Positions 12,169 through 22,585 of a stretch of 64,000 bases of DNA are shown here, one piece after another. The DNA lies in NCBI GenBank assembly GCA_002633005.1, contig NMRA01000090.1, positions 381,475 to 445,474 on the forward strand. Direction: 5' to 3'. The translations under genes and the position numbers were made by a program. Origin of the DNA: Phoronis australis (lineage: Eukaryota > Animalia > Phoronida). A model generated the notes under the pieces. The model was not told the origin of the DNA. It ran no database searches and saw only the letters and a program-made list of their open reading frames with translations. The number at the start of each line of letters is the position of its first letter. Position 1 is the first letter of the stretch.

Positions 12169-12897
12169 ATGGACCTAAAAATGGCTACCGGATGGAAATT
12201 AGACAGTTTCCTCGAAGATGTGACATTGTATTTAGCTTGGTGTGTTAGTTGTATTTCTTACTGTGTATTGAGAATGACTGATGGAGTAGTATCTTTTGTG
12301 TGGAGCCTCGTGTTCGGTAACGGAGACCACTGCAGAAACATCGACGATGAAAAATGGTTGGCCGAAGCATTGGATGCTGCCACTGAACTCAATGAAGCAG
12401 AGACTTACCTTGGAGTAAAAGAAATATACGAGGGATACATAAATGACTTGCGCAGCTATCAGGATGAGTTGTTATGCTGAAAAGAGGCAAACCGCACAAC
12501 CCACAAACAAACAGCCCCCGTCGATTATTTCATAGAATGCGAGACGGAAAAGGCGACAAAAATCGAGCTGAACAACGCATGTGAAACCACAGAGCCCCAG
12601 TCACTGGAGACAAGTTATCCAATGTTGGCAACATGCAGTGCTAACAAGCCAGAGAAAACTCAGGTAGAGCACACCGATACTGACAGCGTTTACGGTCGGC
12701 ATCTGGAAAACGTCAAGCCCACTAGTTCCGCGGCGTTACTCCAGAGTGCAATTTGTGCTGCCAAACACGTCACAAGAAGCTTCTGTAGCCCTCAACGCGA
12801 TGCCGAGGACACCACGATTATGAAATCTGGCACCGACAAATCAGGTGACGTTGTATACATTCGTGAGGACGACGGCAACCCATATGGTGTCGCAGAA
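12169..12897 (+). pseudogene. Orphan 323-aa ORF family, copy 1 (nonsense codon, truncated by contig join)
   Basis: Colinear with copies 2 and 3; CGA->TGA at 12478-12480; ends at N 12898. Confidence 0.75.
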
Positions 12898-13869
12898 NTG
12901 GACCTACAAATGGCTACCGGATGGAAATTAGACAGTTTCCTCGAAGATGTGACATTGTATTTAGCTTGGTGTGTTAGTTGTATTTCTTACTGTGTATTGA
13001 GAATGACTGATGGAATAGTATCTTCTGTGTGGAGCCTCGTGTTCGGTAACGCAGACCACTGCACAAACATCGACGATGAAAAATGGTTGGCCAAAGCATT
13101 GGATGCTGCCATTGAACTCAATGAAGCAGAGACTGACCTTGGAGTAAAAGAAATATACGAGGGATACATAAATGACTTGCGCAGCTATCAGGATGAGTTG
13201 TTATGCCGAAAAGAGGCAAACCACAAAACCCACAAACAAACAGCCCCCGTCGATTATTTCAGAGAATGCGAGACGGAAAAGGCGACAAAAATCGAGCTGA
13301 ACAACGCATGTGAAACCACAGAGCCCCAGTCACTGGAGACAAGTTATCCACTGTTGGCAACATGCAGTGCTAACAAGCCAGAGAAAACTCAGGTAGAGCA
13401 CACCGATACTGACAGCGTTTACGGTCGGCATCTGGAAAACGTCAAGCCCACTAGTTCCGCGGCGTTACTCCAGTGTGCAATTTGTCCTGTCAAACACGTC
13501 ACAAGAAGCTTCTGTAGCCCTCAACGCGATGCCGAGGACACCATGATTACGAAATCTGGCACCGACAAATCAGGTGACGTTGTATACATTCGTGAGGACG
13601 ACAGCAACCCATATGGTGTCGCAGAATTGCCCAACACTGCGATATCTTCCCATGCAATCAGCCTTGACGTTTCAGAGAACATCAGCACCTCGGCTTCCTC
13701 AAATGATGCGCAAAATGTTAAACAGGGTTTCTTCAAGAAATTGAAGACGACTTTTAGAAAAAAGGGCCGCACTACCAAAGTCTCCGCAAGCACTTCTTCC
13801 GGCAAGGGCCACCGTGTCGCTCCACGATGGCAAAGAATGTTGTGCTGCATTGCTGCCGAGTATGAATAG
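12898..13869 (+). CDS. Orphan 323-aa intronless ORF, copy 2 (hydrophobic N-terminal segment, polybasic and di-Cys C-terminus)
   Basis: Open from (N)TG at 12898 to TAG 13869; the 415-aa ORF-track entry is an artefactual read-through of the N from copy 1; AATAAA at 14031-14036. Confidence 0.6.
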   Translation, partial: XDLQMATGWKLDSFLEDVTLYLAWCVSCISYCVLRMTDGIVSSVWSLVFGNADHCTNIDDEKWLAKALDAAIELNEAETDLGVKEIYEGYINDLRSYQDELLCRKEANHKTHKQTAPVDYFRECETEKATKIELNNACETTEPQSLETSYPLLATCSANKPEKTQVEHTDTDSVYGRHLENVKPTSSAALLQCAICPVKHVTRSFCSPQRDAEDTMITKSGTDKSGDVVYIREDDSNPYGVAELPNTAISSHAISLDVSENISTSASSNDAQNVKQGFFKKLKTTFRKKGRTTKVSASTSSGKGHRVAPRWQRMLCCIAAEYE

Positions 13870-14689
13870 GTGGAACCTAATGGACTAATTCATAAGCTCT
13901 GTGCTGGGCGCTTTTCGTTTCTTTTGTTGTTTTTTTAGATAGTATAAAATACGTTGGCTGCATATCCATGTATTTCCCACAGCCACCACTTTTCAGTCGT
14001 GAGCTGAATTGTAACCAATGAGTGTGCTTAAATAAAATGCATGGGCAATTCAAGCGTTTCTCTGATTTTAGGCTGATGAGTAAAGATGCAGAACAAGTAA
14101 ACAAAGGCGTTCAATGTTTTGAGTCATTTCACATCAGAAGCCCTACAGATGAGCACGGAAACTTTATTCTCTCACTTGCATTTTTGACTCTTTCACTCCC
14201 AGTGGAAACCGAGCTGCACTAAGAAAAATGAGGGCAAACAAATGCAAAATCGGCACTTTTCACCCCCCAAATCACCACTTTCCTGCCGATGCTCGACTAA
14301 AGCCAACAATAGATTCCGAAAGCAAATTTCCTACCAATTCCAAAAATGTGGTCCAAAAGTACTGTCGACCAAGTAGCTTTTTTGCAAATCTGGCTTGTTT
14401 GAGGGCTACCTGAAATCGCGGCCAATTTCTCAGTTGCTACACAGCGATGCACAACTGCATCAGGGCGCCACCATCTTGAAGAAGAGTGCAGCTACAGCCA
14501 AGAAACTGGCCTTTTTCATTCCCAGGACGTTCACAAATACAAAAAACCACACTCACTTGGCCTACACACAATACTTAACTAGAAAATGCCCCCAAGCCTG
14601 GCCTAGCCCTAGATTTTAACATTCTACTCTGTGCCACCTGCAGGGTCGGCTNACATTGTACGTAATTATTAGGCCTAATCACTTGTATA

Positions 14690-15661
14690 ATGGACCTACA
14701 AATGGCTACCCGATGGAAATTAGACAGTCTCCTCGAAGATCTGACATTGTATTTAGCTTGGTGTGATAGTTGTATTTCTTACTGTGTACTGAGAATGACT
14801 GATGGAGTAGTATCTTCTGTGTGGAGGCTCGTGTTCGGTAACGCAGACCACTGCACAAACATCGACGATGAAAAATGGTTGGCCAAAGCATTGGATGCAG
14901 CCATTGAACTCAATGAAGCAGAAACTGACCTTGGAGTAAAAGAAATATACGAGGGATACATAAATGACTTGCGCAGCTATCAGGATGAGTTCTTATGCCG
15001 AAAAGAGGCAAACCACACAACCCACAAACAAACAGCCCCCGTCGATTATTTCATAGAATGCGAGACGGATAAGGTGACAAAAATCGAGCTGAACAACGCA
15101 TGTGAAACCACAGAGCCCCAGTCACTGGAGACAAGTTATCCACTGTTGGCAACATGCAGTGCTAACAAGCCAGAGAAAACTCAGGTAGAGCACACCGATA
15201 CTGACAGCGTTTACGGTCGGCATCTGGAAAACGTCAAGCCCACTAGTTCCGCGGCGTTACTCCAGAGTGCAATTTGTCCTGCCAGACACGTCACAAGAAG
15301 CTTCTGTAGCCCTCAACGCGATGCCGAGGACAGCATGATTACGAAATCTGGCACCGACAAATCAGGTGACGTTGTATACATTCGTGAGGACGACGGTAAC
15401 CCATATGGTGTCGCAGAATTGCCCAACACTGCGATATCTTCCCATGCAGTCAGCCTTGACGTTTCAGAGAACATCAGCACCTCGGCTTCCTCAAATGATG
15501 CGCAAAATGTTAAACAGGGTTTCTTCAAGAAATTGAAGACGACTTTTAGAAAAAAGGGCCGCACTACCAAAGTCTCCGCAAGCCCTTCTTCCGGCAAGGG
15601 CCACCGTGTCGCTCCACGATGGCAAAGAATGTTGTGCTGCATTGCCGCCGAGTATGAATAG
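14690..15661 (+). CDS. Orphan 323-aa intronless ORF, copy 3
   Basis: Intact ATG..TAG; about 18 amino-acid differences from copy 2 by eye; AATAAA at 15823-15828; ~770 bp of shared 3' flank to 16429. Confidence 0.65.
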   Translation: MDLQMATRWKLDSLLEDLTLYLAWCDSCISYCVLRMTDGVVSSVWRLVFGNADHCTNIDDEKWLAKALDAAIELNEAETDLGVKEIYEGYINDLRSYQDEFLCRKEANHTTHKQTAPVDYFIECETDKVTKIELNNACETTEPQSLETSYPLLATCSANKPEKTQVEHTDTDSVYGRHLENVKPTSSAALLQSAICPARHVTRSFCSPQRDAEDSMITKSGTDKSGDVVYIREDDGNPYGVAELPNTAISSHAVSLDVSENISTSASSNDAQNVKQGFFKKLKTTFRKKGRTTKVSASPSSGKGHRVAPRWQRMLCCIAAEYE

Positions 15662-16430
15662 GTGGAACCTAATGGACTAATTCATAAGCTCTGTGCTGAG
15701 CGCTTTTCGTTTCTTTTGTTGTTTTTTTAGATAGTATAAAATACGTTCGCTGCATATCCATGTATTTCCCACAGCCACCACTTTTCAGTCGTGAGCTGAA
15801 TTGTAACCAGTGAGTGTGCTTAAATAAAATGCATGGGCAATTCAAGCGTTTCTCTGATTTTAGGCTGATGAGTAAAGGTGCAGAACAAGTAAACAAAAGC
15901 GTTCAATGTTTTGAGTCATTTCACATCAGAAGCCCTACAGATGAGCACGGAAACTTTATTCTCTCTTGCATTTTTGACTCTTTCACTCCCAGTGGAAACC
16001 GAGCTGCACTAAGAAAAATGAGAGCAAACAAATGCAAAATCGGCACTGTTCACCCCCAAATCACCACTTTCCTGCCGATGCTCGACTAAAGCCAACATTA
16101 TATTCCGAAAGCAAATTTTCTACCAATTCCAAAAATGTGGTCCAAAAGTACTGTTGACCAAGTAGTTTTTTTGGCAAATCTGGCTTGTTTGAGGGCTACC
16201 TGAAATCGCGGCCAATTTCTCAGTTGCTACACAGCAATGCACAACTGCATCAGGGCGCCACCATCTTGAAGAAGAGTGCAGCTACATCCAAGAAACTGGC
16301 CTTTTTTATTCCCAGCACGTTCACAAATCCAAAAAACCACACTCACTTGGCCTACACAATACCTAACTAGAAAATGCCCCCAAGCCTGGCCTAGCCCTAG
16401 ATTTTAACATTCTACTCTGTGCCACCTGCN

Positions 16431-18978
16431 CTAAGTTCTACCTCACCATGAGTGCCACCATTACCTCCATTGAACGGGTCGAGAATCCTCATCTGTGGCG
16501 ATGTTACACGTTGTGAGTCACAATGACAATTTTATGCTTTTTTGATGAGTGTGATAGAGTGAAATTAGACAAATTTTGTGTAGCTGACTGTCTGCACCAT
16601 TCTTGGTGAAATATCCGGTTAGTAGTTTAATGAATAGAATGGATTCCCAATGGCATTCTACATCGAAACTTGCTCAGAGGAGTAGGAGACACTTTTGTGC
16701 AATGCTCGATTGTTTGCTCGATTGAAGCCAGGATTTGAACCTGGGTCTCCCAAACGCGAGTCCAGAGCTCAAACCGCTTAGCCACACATTCTAAGGAATA
16801 TACTTCCATTTACTGGGAGCTATGGTATCTTTACATACAATCGTTTTAGCAGTGTGACATATGTGCAGTAAGTGCTTAAACAATGTGACATTGTGTCAGG
16901 CATTCTTCCTGTAGAGAGCCTCTGCAAATGCAGTAATTAACAATTAGTTGTTTTTATACATTTGTATATTAATGTTCCTATTCACAGACACAAAAATCTG
17001 ATGCTGGAGAAGAATGGTCCCACAGGCTTGAACGAAAAACACCTGTTTCATGGCACCAGCTCACATCTGATCGACATCATATGTGAACAGAACCTCGACT
17101 TCCGGTTGTCTGGAAATGCCAACGGAACTGTTTTTGGCCACGGTAAAATGCAATCTCGTGGGGGCGCTGTGCTACATTATCGTTACTAGTAATAGAGTGG
17201 GTCTGATGCACTTTTCTACGCTTTGATGAACTTATTTTCGTGGTGTAGTTATTGCTTCCTTCAGCTCCTGTATAGCTATCAGGGCTTGGAATTTTCCGCG
17301 GAAACACGGATTTCCGCTTTTTTCAAATGTTCTGTCCGCGCATTTTATAATATTTCCGCGTAAAAAAAAATCGGATTTGATATAAAATTTCTGCGACAAA
17401 TTCCTTTCTTACCGCGGCGTTGCAGACAACGTTCACCTCGAAAAGCGGAAGTTGCTCTTTATGTTTCGGAGGAACGTAAATTGTCAACATTGCCGGGGCA
17501 TCTGGGATAGCGTGGTGGGATTTTCAATGGCGTCTCGTGTTATTGTAAACCGGCGGCGATAAATACTACGGCTCTGCAGCCAAAAATGTGTGGGTTGGGA
17601 GTGGACGGCTGAGCTAAAAGGACGCAGACGCATGCTACTAATAGTGGTAACGTTTTTTTTTTTTTATAGTCCTCCCGATTTTTCTCGGGGAAAGGTTCAC
17701 ACCGACCATTTCAAGGCTGGGTAGCGCGCATGATTTGGGCCGTAAAAGTTTCCGCGTTTTTTGTCATTGGTCATTCCAAGCCCTGAGCTATCAATGTTGG
17801 ATTCTTAACCACAGAGCTTTGAGGTTTAAAGACGTGGCCTCGCTCATGTGATCTTGAGTTGTTGCCAGGTGAGCAGGCAACAGAGGTCACAGGAAATGTC
17901 TCCACGCTTCTTTTTTGAATTTACAATTTTGGGGTAGGCCAACGGCAATAAACTGTGGAACGTTTTCTTGAGTCACTAATGGTTTTGACGATCTTCTTGG
18001 TAATGGTAATGGAGTGATGTCACAATAAGGAATATTATGAGACTGATTTCATGTGGGGTGAAATGCCATTATATTTCCATTTTTAGCTTTATAGCTGAAC
18101 AGGACGAAATACACCTTTAATTATAGCTCATCTGATGCAAGTTCAGTTGATGAAAGGGCTTTGCAATTTCAATGTTTAACATGTCACATTTTTGTACTTA
18201 AGGAACATATTAAGAAGTTTAATGAAAAATCTTTTCCTTTTTTAAATTCGTTTTTTGTAATTTCAAAAATCTGTTTTCTACCTGTATTCGACGCTGGCTG
18301 CATGCAAAGGTTTTGCTAAGACATGTGCACCCTTTCACTGGTGTTTTTGACGTGTGTATGAAAGTTAATACTTGAAGGGAATAAAGTTTTCTGTGCAATA
18401 GAATTTTTTCTAAAAATCCATGAATTGATAATAAAGTTTTTTGTTTGTATTTTTCTCCAAAATCTGATTTGAGAAGAGCTGACAACTTGTAATTGACTCT
18501 GTGTCATTTTAATATGTTTTGTAAGCATTGTAACATGTGGTGATATAAGTGTCAGGCCTCCTGCACTATTTTTTGTTTCACAGGTGAATTCTCTCCGCCA
18601 AAGCAAACATTATGGTGTTTGTATCCTTTGTTTGAATTGAAATTGGCTACAATGCCTGGAATTCACCCGACGACCAAACTTTCTTGACGACTGAAATTAA
18701 TATGCCGTGACAAGTAACTTAATGTGCCTGGTCTGAAACTATAACCAACTGTCGGTTCTTTCAAACCTTAAAAATTGTCCCTAATTCGAGGATTTTAAAG
18801 GATGAGACCGACTATAACAATAAGTCACCAACATCAAAATTTAGTCCTTGACAGAAAGCATATGTTTCTTGTGCTTTTAAAATTCTTTAGTCTTTAACTT
18901 TTCATTTTTCAGGGACCTACTTTGCCACCTCAGCGTCTACGTCTCATAGTTACAGCTCAAAAACCAGGGCTGGAAGTG
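16431..18978 (+). CDS. PARP catalytic domain fragment (PARP7/11/12/14-like mono-ADP-ribosyltransferase), three internal exons
   Basis: Exons 16431-16512 (KFYLTMSATITSIERVENPHLWRCYT, starts at N), 16988-17142 (NEKHLFHGTS...ICEQNLDFRLSGNANGTVFGHG), 18913-18978 (TYFATSASTSHSYS); FHGT and GTYFA motifs, phases compatible; 5' and 3' exons not found in window. Confidence 0.85.
16600..16790 (-). mobile_element. tRNA-derived SINE
   Basis: Minus strand GTGGCTAAGCGG (A box)...CCCAGGTTCAAATCCTGGC (B box) at 16722-16790 followed by non-tRNA body; 3' boundary approximate. Confidence 0.6.
17280..17785 (+). mobile_element. hAT-like MITE with 6-bp TSD, copy A
   Basis: TIR CAGGGCTTGGAAT / ATTCCAAGCCCTG; flanks AGCTAT on both sides; homologous to 29753-30171. 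Confidence 0.85.
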
Positions 18979-20529
18979 GTTAGTATATAGATGTTGATCT
19001 AGTTATGTGTTTGTTGGTTCAGTCGTACAGAGGTCAAAAGGCCAAAGGTCAAGCTTTTTATAGTATCCTTGGCATTACTTGCAAACCAGTTGCGACTTAT
19101 TTTTGTGTGCTGTTACTCAAGCGAAATATCTTTTTAGGCACCAATTTTGCTGTTTTAAAGATATTCTCACCAGTTAATTTTAGTAATACAAACTTCAGGC
19201 AACCTATTCTCAAATGGCGATCTTTCCATAACAAGTTTTGGTCGTGATAGACCGGCCCAAAAATCCTCCCCTCATTTTTGGGTCGGTCGAAATTCCTGAG
19301 TCAACCACATGCCTTTATTTGGCCGGTAACATGAGATTTCACGCTAATACACATTATCAGCTGATGGCGTTAAGATAAGAGTTGCGAAACAACATGTCTG
19401 TTTTCACTTTTTCGCTCTTCTGATGGATTTAAACTAATAGAAAATTCGAAATCTTCATAAAATTTTGACATGCTCTCTCTGTCAGTAAATATCGGTGAAG
19501 CTTTAGCTGTCGGTCGCTTCGGTCAGATCAGCCGAGTTTGAAGTAACTTTTAGTATTACTGCGCGGTAAGCGGTTTCCTTTGTTTTGAATTATATATCCA
19601 TTAAGTGTTTAATGTACGCTTATAATTTCTAAGTAAATACACAGAAATTAGTGTGAAATATCAGTAAACCTGAGTTAAAATTCATGAGAAAGTAAATTTC
19701 ACGAATTTATGAATCCGCAACAGTCTTAATTTGCGCAGTGCCACAGTATTCTAAGTAATCGGTTCTAGTGGGTGTCGTGAGCACGTGTGTGAACTGTAAA
19801 GTTTTGTCTTTTTTGCCGTTTCAAAAGGAGAGCGACGGGTGACCGTGTTCAAGCACATAGATTTCTGTAATGACGCTAATTTCAAAAGTTAATGATTTTT
19901 GTCGGAAGTCATGGGGGGAAAATCCGGAAGGAAGTTGGACGGAAAATGACACTTAAATTGTTGAAAATTACCATCTATTTTCCACAAGAATTATCGAGAA
20001 CTTTTTAAGACCACCACATTACAAGCAACGCTGAACGGCAGTTCCACCACGACATAGGTATTTGGTGGTTATACCATCCACTAACAAGCAGTGTCACAAG
20101 TTCTGTATCCGTGTTCGTTAAAAACAAATTTTAGAAAGAGTATATTGAAGCGATCAAACGTTATAAATGACAGGTACGTTATAATGTGACTCAGTTGCAC
20201 TTTTCCTGTACCTTCTAATTGTTTGTATGTTGGGTTAACTAAACACACTTGTCGAAAAAGTGCTGTTCTGTATAAACTTAATGCTGCCGTTGTGTTGACG
20301 TTCAAAGCATCTCATCATTCACTTAAAGGTAGTTCCATTGCCAGACCAGGCGTAATCATCATGTTTATTGCCCCCACAGCCGAGTGGGTAATGAACTATT
20401 GAAATCGCTGATAAAAGTGTGTCAAGTTTATAGTCCCTGTAACCCCCCCAAGATTCTATCATGATCATTTCACCTTATGCAACAAGAATTTTTTTCAGAA
20501 GACTTTTAGATATAGAATTTTGAAGCTTA

Positions 20530-21195
20530 ATTTTTATGCGCCCACATATGTATATGTGGACGCATTATGCCGTCATCTCTGTCCGTCCGTCCGTCCAGGC
20601 GGCGTCCGGCGTCCGCTGCTCTATCTACAAAACCCTTTGACATACGTTCATGAAATTTGGCACATATGTTCCATTCATGAATGGGACGGCATGTGCGAAC
20701 TTTNCAGTGAAATGCTGACCTCTTTTTATGCGCCAACATATTTATAAGTGGACGCATTATGCCCCGTCATCTCCGTCCCACTGGGCGGCGTCTGGGCTGC
20801 GTCCGCTGCTCTATCTACAAAACCCTTTGACATACGTTCATGAAATTTGGGACATATGTTCCATTCATGAATGGGACGGCATGACTGAACTTTCGGACGG
20901 AGTCGACCACCGGTGTGTCCCCTAGTGGCAATTTAATTTTTTACGTTTACCTTTGTATCTTCAAAAGTCTTTAACGGATTTTCATGAAATTTAATATGTA
21001 GGCACCTATTAGTGAGATGACGCTATACTCCCGTTTTCAGATGGATTCGACATAGTTTGCGACACCCAATGGTCACTTTTACTGTTTTTGAGTCTGTTTT
21101 TTTTTTGGCGTCCACCCCTCTATCAACCAAACTGCTCTAAGTATGATTGTGAAAATTGGCATGTATGTTCTTACTGTGAAGAGGACGGTTGACGA
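20530..21195 (+). mobile_element. Helentron/HINE-like element 5' end and array (duplicated across N 20704)
   Basis: TTTTATGCGCCCAC start with hairpin, (GTCC)n microsatellite, then ATGAAATTTGG array units: the DINE-1/HINE layout. Confidence 0.7.
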
Positions 21196-21395
21196 GATAA
21201 ATTGCCGAAAAATTATTTCGAGTTCGTTTCGAGTACAAAAAATTAGATCAGTTCCGGGCCCTGGAGGACCCGTGGTTGTTTGTAAATTAGTCCTCAATTT
21301 GCAATTTAAAAAGATTANTGAAGAGGACGGTTGACGAGATAAATTGCCAAAAAATTATTTCGAGTTCGTTTCGAGTACAAAAGATTAGATCAGTT

Positions 21396-21485
21396 CAAAG
21401 AATGTTGTGCTGCATTGCCGCCGAGTATGAATAGGTAGAACCTAATGGACTAATTTGTAAGCTCTGTGCTGAGCGCTTTTCGTTT
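21396..21485 (+). pseudogene. Orphan ORF family copy 4: deletion derivative keeping only QRMLCCIAAEYE* and ~50 bp of 3' flank
   Basis: Near-identical to 15623-15712, fused directly to the upstream MITE end GATCAGTTC. Confidence 0.85.
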
Positions 21486-21489
21486 TAAT

Positions 21490-22000
21490 TTTGAAGACTT
21501 GCAACGTTTTCCACTTCGAAACTCGACCTAATTTGAAGTTAGGAACACCAGTTCTGGAAAACGGATAAGTGAATTTCTTTGAAACTTTCCATTTTAGGAT
21601 TTATTAATCAACCTCAAAAATGCTGTCAGAATTTTCCTTTTCAATGCCTAGTTTTTTGTACCGTAAGGTAGATTGTAAGAGAACTGTTTATTTTTTACAA
21701 AAATGTATTTTTGCGAGTCAATTACTAAATGAGTAAACAAAATTCCTAACAGCATCTTTGAAGTTTTCGTTTTAAAAAGGTTTCATAAAAATCGACCAAG
21801 GAATTATATTGCTATGGATGTGCGTTTCTTAAAAATGATATTTTGACTTAAAAAAAGGTGTTAACACAATGACAATAATGGCACATCAATATAAAACATT
21901 TTATAATCTCCGATCTTTATAATTCAGAAAATACGTACTTTTACTGCTTGACCGTTTTTTGACATAGAGTCAAAATGAAGGTCGCTAAATAAGGTTTGAG
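21490..22000 (+). mobile_element. Kolobok-like MITE family member (also ~27400-27907 and 57232-57694)
   Basis: Shared internal sequence (AACAGCGTTTTTGAGG...AAAATCGACC...CTAAATAAGGTT); best-preserved copies end in CC-TTAA. Confidence 0.55.
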
Positions 22001-22585
22001 ACACCACTAGTTCCGTATCAAGCTACTGTGTACCACTATGCAAGCCCAATTCGAAACATTGTGCTGGTGTATTCTTGCATCTGCTTTTGAAAGGTTGGTT
22101 AACCTCAATTAAGTCTAAAGCATTTTCTTGAATACTGGTCTCAATAGTGTTAAACAGGGTTTAGTCCAGTTTTAGAAAAAAGTAGCCAATAATACTTACA
22201 AATGTTTTGTTTACAGCTGTTGTGGCATGTGTGCGTGTCATATTTTATTCTTTTATAACTTGTCACTTTGAACATATGCTTTGTGCAAGAGAATGAGTTA
22301 CCCATATATTCACATTTTGATGTTGATGTGATGCAATCACATCAGGCAGAAAAATATAAATCGGTTCATGTTAGTTGAGGTTAGTGTTAACATATAAGTA
22401 AGACTCTGACACACCACAACACAGAAATGCCAGAGTAAGAATTTATTATTTCCACAATTCATAAATGCCATGAACTATACACCAATTGTGGAATAATATG
22501 AACTTGGGTATTTTGATGTAAAACGGTGAATATTAACTACTGTACATACTACTGAAAACAAACTGCCATTGACCAAACTCCATGA

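Noticed and set aside
12622-13869. 415-aa ORF with an apparent internal repeat
   Set aside because: Reads through N 12898, fusing the tail of copy 1 to copy 2; assembly artefact.
14070-14165. CTGATGAG and CAGATGAG..GAAAC as a hammerhead ribozyme
   Set aside because: No stem II or correctly spaced GAAA core could be built.
13521-15642. Antisense 109-aa and 60-aa ORFs in the cassette copies
   Set aside because: Shadows of the plus-strand ORF with no independent signals.
18727-20351. GCCTGGTCTG / CAGACCAGGC inverted pair as TIRs
   Set aside because: Only 10 bp, no TSD, and it would enclose a genuine PARP exon.
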